The notes beneath the pieces are model-generated. The model saw only the letters and a list, made by a program, of their open reading frames with translations. It was not told the DNA's origin and searched no databases. Shown piece by piece: positions 38,073 through 52,054 of a stretch of DNA of 64,000 nucleotides. Source of the DNA: Octopus sinensis (lineage: Eukaryota); contig NC_043007.1 of the NCBI RefSeq assembly GCF_006345805.1, forward strand, positions 3,286,001 to 3,350,000, given 5' to 3'. The position numbers were made by a program, and so were the translations under genes. The stretch's first letter is position 1; the number at the start of each line of letters is the position of its first letter.

Positions 38073-39104
38073 TTTGAGTATGAATATATATATGGATATA
38101 TATATATTATATATATACTAATTTATATATGTATAGATATAGATAATAGATATATATATATATACATTTATAATATATATAGCATATTATAAATAGAATA
38201 CATACATATACACATCTATATTTGTACACACACACGCATATACATTTATATAGAGAAATAAATATATATATCTATATATCCCCTTATCAGTGAGTCGGTG
38301 ATCTCTTAATGAATTGCATAATAACCGGTGTCGTAGAGAACTCGTCTGATAAGTAGCTGGCTGTATCAAATACCCTGTTCACCATCGCCAAATCAATAAC
38401 ATTATATTACAGCATCTTTCAGACAACTACTGATTCGAAACCAGTAATTATAATGCATCGCAGAAATAAAGTATACGGATTAGACGGTCATTTAAACAAT
38501 TGTTTACTCAGAATACTGAAGGAAGATAAAATAAAGTTTCTGGGAAAACATAGTTTTTCGATTGGATGTTTGTGGAAACGTTCTAGTCTATAAGCTTAAA
38601 GATGGCTGGCTTGAATCCTGTGCCCAGGGCTGAAATGTACTCGTAGCGAATGATGTAACAATTGTTTATTTGGAATTTAGACGAAACATACAATAAACTG
38701 GTAAAATAAAATGGCGGTTGCAGTAATGCTATGAGCTATAAACGCAAGAATCAATGGTTCGTACCCTGTAGCCAAGCTAAAGTTTTGGCTATAGACAAGA
38801 TATTAACTTCATTGCGAAGTGTATCTTATCGTTTCTAGGCATTGTAACAAATGGATCGTGGAGTCTTGCGTCGTGGTTTGGAATGCTAGAAATAACGACC
38901 TAATCTCCCTCAAATTTAGCACCAGCGTGTTAGAAATGTGGAATGACACGTGAGATAACAGGGCCCTAGATGACCTTAAAAAGCAGACGAGTCAAAGCTG
39001 GTATGCTTTCGATGAGAGGTCTGCTGAATCTAGGCTTGCCTGGAGCTAAACACAAGCAATAACAACCGTAGGCAGGTGTAGCTAAGCATTCAATGTAGCA
39101 GCAA

Positions 39105-39234
39105 CAGCAGCAGCAGTAGTAGTAGTAGTAGTAGTAGGAGGAGGAGGAGGAGGAGGAGGAGGAGGCGCAGCAGCAGCAGCAATAGTAGTAGTAGTAGTAG
39201 TAGTAGTAGGCGCAGCAGCAGCAGCAGTAGCAGC

Positions 39235-39277
<43 letters not shown>

Positions 39278-39283
39278 CTTGTT

Positions 39284-39315
<32 letters not shown>
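39105..39315. repeat. Compound (CAG)/(TAG)/(GAG) microsatellite
   Basis: Direct reading. Confidence 0.97.
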
Positions 39316-39316
<1 letters not shown>

Positions 39317-39712
39317 TAGATTGTCCGTGCAGAGCCAGCTTTCAGTGTTGAGTTCAAAGCTTTTATCTTTTCGTTGTTTCAGTCATCGGACTGCGGCCAT
39401 GCTGGGGCAACGCCTTAGTCTGTATGCGTCGAAAGAATTTACCCCGAGCTCATTCATTTTCTTTAAAATCTGGTATTTATTTTATTAGTATAAAATTAAG
39501 TCTATGACACAAGTAGGCTGCAGCGTGATTAGAACTTGGAACGCGAAGAGCCAGAAGAGATGGCGCAAGGCAACCAAAGTTCATACAGCTTCATACATAT
39601 CTGTGTCCGGGTTGCATCTTTGTATTGACCCCGGACGGATGGAGGGCAAAGGTGAACTTGGCAGCAGATGACCTCAGTCTACTTGAAAGCTATAAATGAG
39701 GAATAGTTGCAA

Positions 39713-39790
<78 letters not shown>

Positions 39791-40099
39791 TTTGTGTGTG
39801 TGTGTGCACGAGAGAGAGAGAGAGAGAGAGAGTCAGGAAAAGATGCTCTTGCACATCTGTCAGTAGAGCGGGTGTATCAATAGAATTATATAGTATTACG
39901 TATGCATTACGACCGATCTTAGAAATCATTCGCGTCCTTATGGAATGAAGTATGGCCATATTTCATTCCATAACAGGTAACTCAGAAAAGCACAGGGTTA
40001 CATAATCGGACTTTTACTTAAAACTCCGTTGAACCTCCCGTGCGAAACCGAACACTAAGATCGGCCGTAATGGATATATAATATTGTACACTTTGATTT

Positions 40100-40330
40100 A
40101 TTCATATATATATATAGATCGTTAGCCACTACACACATTCTTTCTATCCTTTTTTTTCTCTCCTTTTTTTTCACTCCTTGTTTTTTTTTTCTGTGTCCCT
40201 TTCTGTAGAAGAGCGTAGGCTCGAAACGTAAAATACTTTTTCTATTCCTGAGCGTTATACTAATACATCTGTTTGTTTTATACACCACCCGTCTTTGTCT
40301 TTTGTTTTTTCCGTAAACTCTCCCTATATA
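40100..40330 (+). mobile_element. Family F repeat with hammerhead at 40199-40233
   Basis: cttt CTGTAGA A GAGC gtag GCTC GAAAC GTA aaa. Confidence 0.88.
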
Positions 40331-40334
40331 TATA

Positions 40335-40746
40335 CAGGGAGAGTGGCTGTGTGGTGGGTGGCTTGATTACCAACCACATGGTTCCGGGTCAGTCCCATTG
40401 CGTGGCATCTTAGGTAAGTGTCTTCTGCTGTAGCCTCGGGCCGACCAATGCCTTGTGAGTGGATTTGGTAGACGGAAACTGAAAGAAGCCTGTCGTATAT
40501 ATGTTTATATATATATATGTATGTGTGTGTATATGTTTGTGTGTCTGTGTTTGTTCCCCCACCATCGCTTGACAATCGATGCTGGTGTGTTTACGTCCCC
40601 GTCACTTAGCGGTTCGGCAAAAAGAGACCGATAGAATAAGTACTGGGCTTACAAAGAATAAGTCCCGGGGTCGATTTGATCGACTAAAGGCGGTGCTCCA
40701 GCATGGCAGCAGTCAAATGACTGAAACAAGTAAAAGAGTAAAGAGT
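40335..40746 (+). mobile_element. Full-length family B SINE
   Basis: Collinear with 16416-16840 and 47485-47867. Confidence 0.95.
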
Positions 40747-40925
40747 ATATAGATCGTTAGCCACTACACACATTTTTCTCTCCTTGTTTTTTCTGTGTCC
40801 CTTTCTGTAGGAGAGCATAGGCTCGAAATGTAAAAGACTTTTTCTATTCCTTGGTGTTATACTAATACATCTGTTTGTTTTGTACACCACCTGTCTTCGT
40901 CTTTTGTTTTTTTTCCGTAAACTCT

Positions 40926-40935
<10 letters not shown>
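40747..40935 (+). mobile_element. Family F repeat with mutated hammerhead at 40801-40836
   Basis: cttt CTGTAGG A GAGC atag GCTC GAAAT GTA aaag. Confidence 0.85.
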
Positions 40936-40980
<45 letters not shown>

Positions 40981-42639
40981 GCCTAGCTCCGTTCGTTCGA
41001 GTTAAATTCCAGTATCATGCGGCAGACAAATTGCGATGTAAGCCGCTCTGCTATGAAAATCTAGTCTTTCATATATCCAGAAGTATTTTCATTAATATAG
41101 CCTTTATTTATGGAAATAATTTGATAGAGCTTTGGTTGTTAATTTCAAGAGATTGAGCTATAATTGAATTGCGTTTGTTTACAAAACCTTGCTGTAACTA
41201 ATGGTAACAGTGTTTGATGTTAGGTTTTTCATATAACTGCAACACGTTTGTTTGATTATTTATGCAAATATATAAGATTTCAGACAATATCTGAAACATG
41301 TAAAGGGAAGCTGTAAAGTTGTATAAATATAAAACAAACCTTTTATATTTTCAATAAATTTTGAATTTCGAATAAGCTTTCCCTCTCGCCATTATTTAGC
41401 GAATTTCATTTAATATTCTTTAGCAAATTATTCTCATTTCAATGTCAGTAATTACGATGTTATTTGCATATAACTGCAATAGTCTGGTTGAAACGTATCA
41501 GAGAGAAATCTTTATAAACTTAACGTATTTAGTTACCGACGGTGGACACGAGGTGATATTTTATTGGTCGCGTATACACATCGATGCAGAATCGTTATTA
41601 TATTTAAGTGTAAATGCGTAGATCATCTTCCGATTTTAATTGCGTATGATGGAAAAAAAAATGCCGAGAAAACGGAAAAGTCGGTATATTTGAATGAAAC
41701 TAGAGGGCTTGGAAATTATCCTCACGACTCATACTCACAACCCCCCTCCTCTCAACTCTCTGTCTTTTATTTCTCTCCGTCAAAACAAGCAGTAAAGTGG
41801 TGTCTGGTCTTTTGTAAACCCGTGACCATACAAATAGAATGTACATAAATAAAAAATGTGACACAAACTCAACCCATTAATTATGTTCGAGAGATATTTC
41901 ATTCAGACGAAAAATGGTTGGTATTTCATTTTATTAGCTCTAGAATTATGGACCATTTTATAGGTTCAGATCTCAACGTAATTGAAAGTTACCGAAACAA
42001 AATGACACATTTTCCTAAATTTAGCTTCTATGCAAACATTTCAATCATCTTTGTCGTCCTTCTCAGAATCGCCAAATCAAAGCAGGAATTCTGATTGGTT
42101 GAATTTGTTTTATATTTCATTTTATGTTATTATAAATATATTTTTGCATTTTGGTATTTCTGTTTATCGTAATACTATTACTAATGATATAAATCACGGA
42201 ATTCTTGGGGGGCGTGTTTTATTATTGAACAGAATTTGGCTCTGAGACTCTAACTTAATTTGATACGATATTATTTGTCTTCGATAGTCTCAGGTTATTT
42301 TTGTATAAATTGATATTTTAGAATTTTTCTGTAACATCATTAAACTCCCGACGATAACAAGGATCTTGTCAACCTTTCCTTTCTCAACCTAAGACACCTC
42401 CTGTCATTGACCACCATTATTTTATTTATCATTATTTTTATTTGGCTTTTATGCTATTGTTTTTGTGGTTGTTACTGCTTTTATTATTTGTTCTAATCAA
42501 GACACTGCGGCAAATAGTTATCGTATATAACATTAATATTATTAAAAAGCTACTTTAGTTTGGTTATTTTGTTTTCTCGTTGTTGCTACTGTTGTTATTG
42601 TAATTGTTCCTTGTTTAGGGTGGTTGTTAATGAATCGCT

Positions 42640-43215
42640 TGAGCATCGGTTACGTTATTGTTATTTGTCACTGCATTTTACGTTCCGAGTTCAAATCCTG
42701 TCGAGGTCAACTTTGCCCTTTATCATTTCGAGATCGATAAAACTAAGTATCAATTAAGTACTATCGACTAAACCCCTCCCCGAGAGTTTATTGGTCTCGG
42801 GCTTTAATTGGACCCTTAGATGGTGACCTAATAGAAAGCTTAAAGTGTCAGAAAAATACTTTGTGATATTTCCTCAGGCTCTTTATAATTGAAGTTCAAA
42901 TCCCGCTGAGATCATCTTTGCCGTTAATCTCTTCACTAAACCCTCTCATCCTATTTTGGTCGATATAATCCAGTAAACACCCCTCCTCCTAAAATTACCG
43001 GCCTTGTACCAAAATCTGAAACAATTAGAAGACAGTTGACCCGTTAGCACGCCGGTTTAACGGCACTTCTTCCGGCTCTTTAACGTTCCGAGCACAAATA
43101 GCACGGGCGTCAAACTTGCCTGTTATTTTTCGGGGTCGAAAAACTAAAGTTTCGGTTGAGTATTGGGGTCGATGTTATCAAGCATTCGCCTCCCACTAAA
43201 ATTGCTGAATTTGTC
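42640..43215 (+). mobile_element. Cluster of old family A-like SINE fragments
   Basis: gttccgagttcaaatcctgtcgaggtcaactttgccc; gagttcaaatcccgctgagatc; tttttcggggtcgaaaaactaaag...tggggtcgatg. Confidence 0.6.
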
Positions 43216-43281
43216 AAACTTTTAAGCAATTATTTTAAACCCACCTCTTAGTGTAGTTCATATTAACATCGATCCCAAGAA

Positions 43282-43636
43282 GGCGGCGAGCTGGCAGAAA
43301 CGTTAGCATGCCGGTCGAAATGCTTAGCGGTATTTCGACTTTGCCTTTCATCCGCTCGGGGTCGATAAATTAAGTACCAGTTACGCACTGGGGTCAATGT
43401 GATCGACTTAATCCGTTTGTCTGTTCTTGTCCTCTCTGTGTTTAGCCCCTTGTGGGCAGTAAAGAAATAGGTATTTCGTCTGTCTTTACGTTCTGAGTTG
43501 AAATTCCGCCGAGGTCGACTTTGCCTTTCATCCTTTCGGGGTCGATTAAATAAGTACCAGTTGTGTACTGGAGTCAATCTAATTGACTGGCCCCTCCCCA
43601 AAACTTTCGAGCCTTGTGCCTAGTGTAGAAAAGAAT
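43282..43636 (+). mobile_element. Family A SINE heterodimer (two different tail subtypes)
   Basis: Second body starts 43471; TSD-like atcgatcccaaga (43268-43280) and atcgatcgcaaga (43637-43649). Confidence 0.92.
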
Positions 43637-43845
43637 ATCGATCGCAAGATGAGACTTTGCTGGAGTAATACGGGGTGTGCAGATGGTGGTGGTGGTGGTG
43701 GTGGTGGTGGTCTTACAAATTTTTATATCTGACTACATTGAGTTGCAATATATTACACAATGGCTATTTTCCCTCTACAGAGCACACACACACACACAAC
43801 ACACACGCATATATATATATATATATATATATAATATGTATATAT

Positions 43846-44020
43846 TGCTTACGAACCACATAGTTCCGGGGTGAGTCCCACTGCGTGGTACCTTGGGCAA
43901 GTGTCTTCTACTATAGCCTCGGGCCAACCAAACCTTGTGAGTAGATATGGTCGACGGAAACTTAAACAAGCCCGTCGTATATGTATGTATATGTTTGTTA
44001 GCGTGTGTGTGTGTGTGTAT
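43846..44020 (+). mobile_element. Family B SINE, truncated at both ends
   Basis: ccttgggcaagtgtcttctactatagcctcgggcc matches other B copies. Confidence 0.9.
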
Positions 44021-44447
44021 TTTGAATTTGTTTATGGGAAACGCTTCTTATATGCAAATGAAGCTCCTATTCCATTATGCCGTCCCCTTTCTGGTGTACA
44101 TCCATTAATGATATCGCCTGAAGAAATGAATCCATGATGCGGATCAACCCTATAGCCACGGATACTACTGACTGCACTGTAAACATCCCAGGAATACGGA
44201 ATATGATCTTAAGTGACATGTGACATATGGAAACGCGCGTAGCAATGCATTAAATGTTTATAAATTTGATCCAAGTACTATTGCTGTTGTTGTTGTTGTT
44301 ATTATTATTATATACATAAATAAATAGATATACATACATACATAAACGCATACATGCATACGTAAATGCATACAAATTTACATACATACAAACAGGGTGA
44401 GAGTTAGATAAATTGATTAATAGATAGAAAGATAGATAGATAGATGT

Positions 44448-44499
<52 letters not shown>

Positions 44500-44619
44500 G
44501 TATAATATACATACATATATATGAAGGCATGCATTCATGGATTGATGTGTGTGTGACTCTGTGTGTGTGACTGTGTTTGTGAGAGACTCTATGTGTGTGT
44601 ATGTGTGTGTGTGTGTGTG

Positions 44620-44700
<81 letters not shown>

Positions 44701-45511
44701 ATATATGCTTCTTTGAAATGTGTCATATATGGATTACTCTCAAAAAATACGATACACAATTGAAGGTTAATTAACGCTCTCTGAAACACGATTTTACCCC
44801 CCTACTTGACTCCTTGACATCTTGACTATTGAACTTATTTATTGCTGTCAAATACTTACCGCTATCTTCCTCAGAAATATTCAGAAACCAAGTTGCCCCT
44901 CCATTTGCGACAAATACATCATGGAATGAAGGATAATTTTGCTCCGTGTTGCAATATTTTAATTTAGTTTCTGAGTAAGTCCTCAGAATTTACTGCGGCT
45001 TCTAAGGCTTACATCGGTTTTATTTTCACCCTGTTAATTTATAAGGGGATTGCGTGCTTAATTCTTTCATTTGTGAGAATAAATTGCTTGTTATAATTCT
45101 GCCCGTTTGTCATTTTTCAGAGTAGAGATATTCTTTAAGAGACAAGAATTGGAAAGTCAAGCGTGTATATAGGAACTTTTATATATTATGCCTTTAAATA
45201 CAACCTATGAGGAAATTCTATCCTGTGAATATATGATATGTTGTGGCAGATAACTGATTAGATATATGGGATACTTATCTGTAAGTATATAGAATCGACA
45301 GACATTTTTCTTAATTTGTCAACAGGCTGAAATTTATTGTCACGAGCCTAAGGTATTTGCTTCCGTTGTTGTAATTGAGAGAGATATAATCCATCGGGAA
45401 AAAGTATTGGTTCCTCAGCTAAACGTGAAAAAGTTGGTTAAGGAGATATTCTGGTATGTGCCAAAAGAAACTGTCAAAAGCAGCTGTTAAAATTCATTCA
45501 GAATGCAGGGC

Positions 45512-45512
45512 A

Positions 45513-45543
<31 letters not shown>

Positions 45544-45690
45544 AAAAAAAAAAAGAAAAAGAAAAAGAAAAAGAAGAAGAAGAAGAAGAAGAAGAAGAAG
45601 AAGAAGAAGAAGAAGAAGAAGAAGAAGAAGAAGGTGGTGATGGTGATGGTGATGGTGATGATGACGATGATGAATTTGATGAAGATGAAG
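45512..45690. repeat. (GAA)n/(GGT-GAT)n microsatellite
   Basis: Direct reading. Confidence 0.97.
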
Positions 45691-46775
45691 ATTAATACTG
45701 AAAGCAGAGGTCAATGCAAAAGAGATAAATTTAGATTAATACTGAAATTAGAGCTCAACGCGAAAAACAAGATAATAGGTATCAACACTCTAGCCGTCCC
45801 AGTTATGAGTTACAGCTACAAAATTCTTAACTGGACTCAAAATAGAGAGGAAAAAAAGAAAAGTAATGACACGATTTAGGATGCACCATCCAAAATCTGA
45901 CATAGAAATGTTATATATACAACGTATGGAAGGTGGTGGAGGCCTTATACACCTAGAAATCTATTACAAAATAAGCAACATAGGAGTACAGAAATACTTA
46001 CTGCAGAAGCAAGGAAAACTAATACAGAAAGCCATAAAACACGAACAAAACAAAAAACTGTTTTCAGTCTTTAAAGCTGGCGAATTCAAAAAAGATGCCA
46101 TAGTACCTACTATGAAGAAAAGGAAGAAACAACGAAAGCTGTAAAACTACTGGAATCCAAACTAAAACTGGAACATGACAAAACGATTTCAAGAATAGCC
46201 CCTTCATGGCAAATTCTGGGTTAAACTAAGCGCAAAAAAATAGACAAAGCAAAGTCCCAACAATGGTTGAAAACCTCAGGACTCAAAGCAGGGTCTGAAG
46301 GATTTTTGACTGCAACAAAAGATCAAAGCCTCCCCACTAGAAATTACCAAAAACATGTAATGAAAAGAAATACAATTAACTGCAGAATATGTGCAGATAG
46401 AGAGGAAACAACACACCATATTGTCTCTGGCTGTCCAGTCCTGGCTAAGAAAGAATATATTTACAGACACGACAGAGTTGGGACCAATATACGCTGGAAG
46501 TTATGCCAACGCTATGGAATTACAACAGAAAAAAGATGGCAGACGCCAGAAAAGGTTACAGGAAATGAGAAAGCAACCATACTCCGGGATATGCCAATAC
46601 ACACAGATAGAGAAATTAAGGCCAATAGGCCGGACACAGTTGACAGAGATCATCAAGAAAAAATGCTTTTTAATCGATGTATCGATATCAAGAGATGACA
46701 ATGTTTCTCTAAAAGAAACGGAGAAACTACCAAAATACAAAGACCTAAAAATAGAGGTAATTCGAATATGGAGTT
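45690..46775 (+). mobile_element. R4/Dong-type RLE non-LTR retrotransposon fossil (thumb, CCHC finger, RHD, PD-(D/E)xK endonuclease)
   Basis: ELNAKNKIIGINTLAVPVMSYS; HHPKSDIEMLYIQRMEGGGGL; CRICADREETTHHIVSGC (46381-46434); RHD (46465-46473); NRPD (46624-46635); CFLIDVS...EKLPKYKDL; several frameshifts. Confidence 0.93.
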
Positions 46776-46910
46776 CTTTTACAGATCTTAGAGAGACCGA
46801 AGCACCGCTGCAGTATGTGAATTCGAGAGGAGGATATTGTGGGATAAAATCATAATGAACTGCATTTTCTTTTATCAAAGCCAGGAACTTTTCAGCACCT
46901 CATCTTATGT

Positions 46911-46945
<35 letters not shown>

Positions 46946-47015
46946 AATATATACACACATACACACCCTAATACACACACACATACACACACACTATATT
47001 ATATATATATATATA

Positions 47016-47048
<33 letters not shown>

Positions 47049-47403
47049 CACATACACACATATACACACACAACACACATATTATATATATATATATATA
47101 TATAATATATATATATATACTATAAATATATACACACATACACACATATACACACACACATACACCCCACAACAACATATATATATACGCAACACAACTC
47201 ATATGCACACAAACATATATCTATATACATATACGTATTGTGTGTATATTACATATATGTGTATGTATGCATGTATGCATGTATGTATAGATGGCTCATT
47301 TGATGTATCGATGGATAGATAGATGATGTGTTTGTTTGTGGGGGCGTGTGTGTGTGGGGGATATATATATATATAAATATAATAATAATAATAATTATAT
47401 AAT

Positions 47404-47484
<81 letters not shown>

Positions 47485-47486
<2 letters not shown>

Positions 47487-47867
47487 CGCAGGAGTGGCTA
47501 TGTGGTAAGTAGCTTGCTACCAACCACATGGCTCCGGGTTCAGTCCTACTGCGTGACATCTTGGGCAGGTGTCTTTGCTATAGCCCCGGAAAGACGGAAA
47601 CTGAAAGAAGCCCGTCGTATATATGTATGTATATGTGTATATATGTGTGTGTGTGTATGTGTTTGTGTGTCTGTGTTTGTCCCCCTAACATTGCTTGACA
47701 ACCGATGCTGGTGTGTTTACGTCCCCGTCACTTAGTGGTTCGGCAAAAGAGACCGATAGAATAAGTACTGGGCTTACAAAGAATAAGTCCCTTGGTCGAT
47801 TTGCTCGACGAAAGGCGGTGCTCCAGCATGGCAGCAGTCAAATGACTGAAACAAGAGTAAAGAGTAA
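47485..47867 (+). mobile_element. Family B SINE, near full length
   Basis: ggcgcaggagtggctatgtggtaagtagcttgc head; standard tail. Confidence 0.95.
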
Positions 47868-48341
47868 ATATATATATATATATATACATACATATATATC
47901 AATTCAGTTTACGAAGTTATTCTCCAGAATTTTCAGTGTCGTTGTCCAATGAATTGCAGTCATAACTGCCTGCCAGAGACTATCCGACAAGCGTACGATC
48001 GTCGCGATATTTCAACCGAGAATTAATTACCTCCAAAACAACGGCAACACCACACATATATCGACGCAGTCAGTCTCGCCTTTGATCAGTCATATCCAGC
48101 TGAATGTATCTCTCGCTTCAGACTTGTCAACAAGTTGGCGAGAAAGAAAAACATGTGATATTACATTGTATAAAACCAATCAATCCATTCAATAAGAATA
48201 ATATACTTTCGTATCGGTGGGTGTATGTGTGGGCGCATGCGTGTTGGCATATATGTGTGCATCTTTTTGAGATAGATAGATAGAGAGAGAGGGGAGGGGG
48301 AGAAATAGATAGAGATAGCTAGAAAAAGATAGATTGATAGG

Positions 48342-48385
<44 letters not shown>

Positions 48386-48442
48386 GGCATAGATAGTCAA
48401 AAGTATAGATATATAGTCATAGATATAGATTATATATATCTA

Positions 48443-48473
<31 letters not shown>

Positions 48474-48479
48474 ATATAT

Positions 48480-48525
<46 letters not shown>

Positions 48526-49557
48526 TGTGGATGTCTGTGTATGCAACTATGCGTTGCAGTTTTGTATACGCTTTCTATGTGTGTATGTAACTATGTATAC
48601 ATATATATATATATACATACATACATCTATATGGCTGTCTGTGTATGCATCTATGCGTTGCAGTTTTCCATACGCTTTCTATGTGTTTATTGTCAATACT
48701 TTTTTTTTTTATTAATAAAAGCGAATCATAACTATGTCAGCGAACGGTCTGGATAATACTTCGTTCTCTGATTGAAGTTTCCTTCACACTTGTATTGTAT
48801 TGGAGACAATACATACACACACCAGCAAGCACCCACACATATACATACGTGTGTGTGCGTGAGTGTGTGTTTATCTATATAGATTTGTGTGTATGTTTTC
48901 ATGCACGTATATACGCATGTATTGTATACTTACGTTGGATTATGTATATTGTTATTTATTTGATGGAAGGCGGTAAGCTTTACAGAGTTGGTTTCGCATC
49001 GGTTATGTTCTGCCGGTGTTGTTCAGACAACGTCGGATTTGATCAAGAAGATGAAATCTACCCTGTCTAATAATCTTGTCCTTTTGTGTAGCGAGGTGGG
49101 TTTCATTGTCTAACATGACCTTCTTTTCTTTTTAAGTCTGTATCGTAGGTATTGTATGATTTGATTGAGAGTTCATAGTTATTTGTGCCAACCCAAATAA
49201 ACTGTATATATCCGCTCACGTTGTTTCTCTTCAATCAGTCGTTTCCACACAGATGCAAGCGTACTGTATATGTGTGTGTGCATACATCTGTATGTGTGCA
49301 TGTGTTTGTTTGTGTGTCTGCGTGTGTGTGTCTGTGTGTGTGTGTCTGTGTGTGTGTGTTGTTACACGTACGAAAGATATCCGAATATATTTTTCCCACC
49401 ACAACTAATGCAAAGTTAGCAAAATCCGTTTGGTGTGAGGTGACTCTACCCTACACGCGCGTTTCCGAAGATTTTCGCACCAGTAGACCGTGTCAGTTCC
49501 CGGCCCTTACACCTAGAGTAAAGATATGCAGTGCGAGCTCGTCGAAGTTTTGTTTTC

Positions 49558-50050
49558 ACAAACGGATCGGGCAGAGATATTGTATCAAGTTCTGGCAAAA
49601 ACTTGGTGATATTCAAGCTCAAACGATCCAGAAGATTCAACACGATATTCGCCATGACACCTGGAGCAAAATTCAAATCAAGGAGTGGTACAACCGTTTT
49701 AAACATGGCCTCACCCCGTTGGAGAAAGAGGGACGCTCGTGCAGTCCATCCCTACGCAGAATCAAAGAGCCAAATGAGAAAGTTCGGCAAATATCATGGA
49801 AGACCATCGTGTAACAATCCGGAAGATGGCTCTTGAAGTGGAAATAAGCACAAGGTTAGCGCTTTCCATTTTAACGAGGGATTTCTGCATGCAGAAAATG
49901 TCACTGAAGATCTACTCCGAGGTATTGGAGGAAGAGCAAACACAACGCATGGAAATCACTCAGGAAATGCTGCACTGTGCAAGACACGACCCACTCTTCA
50001 TAAAGACCATCATAACTGGTGATGCGGTGTGGGTTTATGGTGTCTACACG
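49558..50050 (+). mobile_element. Mariner-family transposase N-terminal fossil (HTH region to first catalytic D)
   Basis: GQRYCIKFWQKLG...IKEWYNRFKHG...EGRSCSPS; frameshift; MEDHRVTIRKMALEVEIS...IKTIITGDAVWVYG; weak TIR-like ends near 49452 and 50250. Confidence 0.9.
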
Positions 50051-50290
50051 ATGCATTCGGTCAAAAATCCGACGATCGTGCTCAACACATCTCTGTAAGT
50101 TACAACCGGGTACTGACGCGTCCAATTAGCGCGGAAATCTTCATGTATCCGTAGGAATTCTGGCGTCACTTCTCATCCAAAGGATTTTTCCAATGCAGCA
50201 TTTGTTTTGGCGGAATAATGTAACGTCAGAAACTTTTCGGGCCAATACCGTCCCCGAAAGAAACGCCAGTTAGTCGCAGGGTTATTCTTT

Positions 50291-50420
50291 TACAGCTGAG
50301 TGGACTGGACCAATATCAAATGAAGTGTTTTGCCCAACAGCACAACGCACTGCCCGTCTGGGAATCGAAACCACGATTATGCGATCGTGAGTGTAACATC
50401 TTTGGCTGTAGGCCACGTAA
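50291..50420 (-). mobile_element. Family G tRNA-derived SINE head (diverged)
   Basis: cagctgagtggactggaccaa...gggaatcgaaaccacgat matches 56385-56508. Confidence 0.65.
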
Positions 50421-51110
50421 CTTCACATATGTGTGTGTCTATGTGTGAATGTGTGTGTATGTGTGTGCGTGCGTGGGTGTGTGTATCACAAACCATTACT
50501 ATATTACGAAGCAAAGGAACTCATTATCACAGGAAATGAAACTTTAATTTCCATGCAAACATTTCACTTTTCATAGCAATTTTATATTCAACAAAATGTT
50601 CGTATTATGCAAAATCATTGAAAATTCTGCCTCTGATATTGTAAGCATTATAAGGAAGTATTGAATTTACTGGTGTACGTGGAATTTTAGCTTCTTTTTA
50701 ATAATGCGAATAACAAAGCAATATGCAGGTGCAAGAGAGAATTGGCACAAATATTATCGAAAAAAACTCTGAAATATCTTAGTAATTCAAAAATGAATTT
50801 CGGTAATGTCAGACGGAAGAAAATAGAGAACAAAATAGACTAACTGTATGTTAATGTAGATTGCAGTTTGGGCCATTGATTGTGCAGTATTTTAGCAAAT
50901 GTATTTGTATGTGTACATATATATGTGAGTATGATGTGTGTATACACACACGCAAACACATACACACACACACTCACACACACATACACACACACGTCTG
51001 AATGTAAATATAGATGCGTAATATACATATATACATATCTATATGTCAATCTTTCTCTCTCGCTCTTATTCTCTTTTTCGCTCCCACACTCTCTCTCTCT
51101 CTCTGTATCT

Positions 51111-51145
<35 letters not shown>

Positions 51146-51451
51146 CACATACATACATATATGTATATATACACATATATCCATACACACACATACACAC
51201 CACACACGTATGTATTATTTGATAAATATAAAATATGTTTTTATAGGCTACTATTAATTTCATGCGATGAAAGCATCTCGGACAACAATTTTTAACACGC
51301 CTGGTATCTTCGTGCAATCTTCAGGCATAACAAGCTAAAATTAGAGCGATGGGATGAGAGAAAAAAAAAGCAGAAAAGGTAAGAAAGAAGTAGATATAAA
51401 AGGAGGAAGGTTGAAAAACTGGAAAACGAAGAAGAAAACAGAAACAAAACC

Positions 51452-51745
51452 CTTTTGGATTTTGGCTCAAAGTGATAGACCCAAGTCTTATCTTCTGAAA
51501 TTATTCTTTCCAACAAAGCTTTGCTTTCGTCAATTTAGCAGTTGAGTACGCGTAGATTGATCTCCACACCACTGTGCTTATTTGCATCGGCAAGCTCTCT
51601 TGATCCCCATCTTTCACAGACCTTACAGAAGCGAAGCTTATCGTGGATTAGTTCGTATGCAGAACCATGGACATGCCACCTCATCCATGGCCACTCGTCG
51701 GTTCATCAGAACTATCCCTCGAACCTGTTGAGTCTTCACGCAATT
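51452..51745 (-). mobile_element. Second mariner-family transposase fossil (different lineage)
   Basis: QQVRGIVLMNRRVAMDEVAC / HGSAYELIHDKLRFCKVCERWGSRELADANKH...LERIISEDKTWVYHFEPKSKR. Confidence 0.88.
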
Positions 51746-51884
51746 TAAAAAGAACAAAAACCCATACTGTTCATTGTTCAGAACAGATGATATCTCTGCG
51801 TTAGTTCCTCCAATATCCTGTAAACTTACCATCCTAGAATTATAACAAAGAAACATTTCCATATTTTTCACAATATTTTTCATA

Positions 51885-52021
51885 GGCACTGGAGTGGCTG
51901 TGCGGTACGTAGCTTGCTTACCAAGAGTTTCTACTATAGCCTCGAGTCGACCAAAGCATTGTGTGGATTTGGTAGACGGAAACTGAAAGAAGCCCGTCGT
52001 ATATATATAAATATATATGTA

Positions 52022-52054
<33 letters not shown>

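Noticed and set aside
44115-44244. Hammerhead with large insertion (CTGAAGA...GAAACGCGCGTA)
   Set aside because: Both core halves and a palindromic helix III are present, but no stem II could be drawn; may be a decayed PLE repeat
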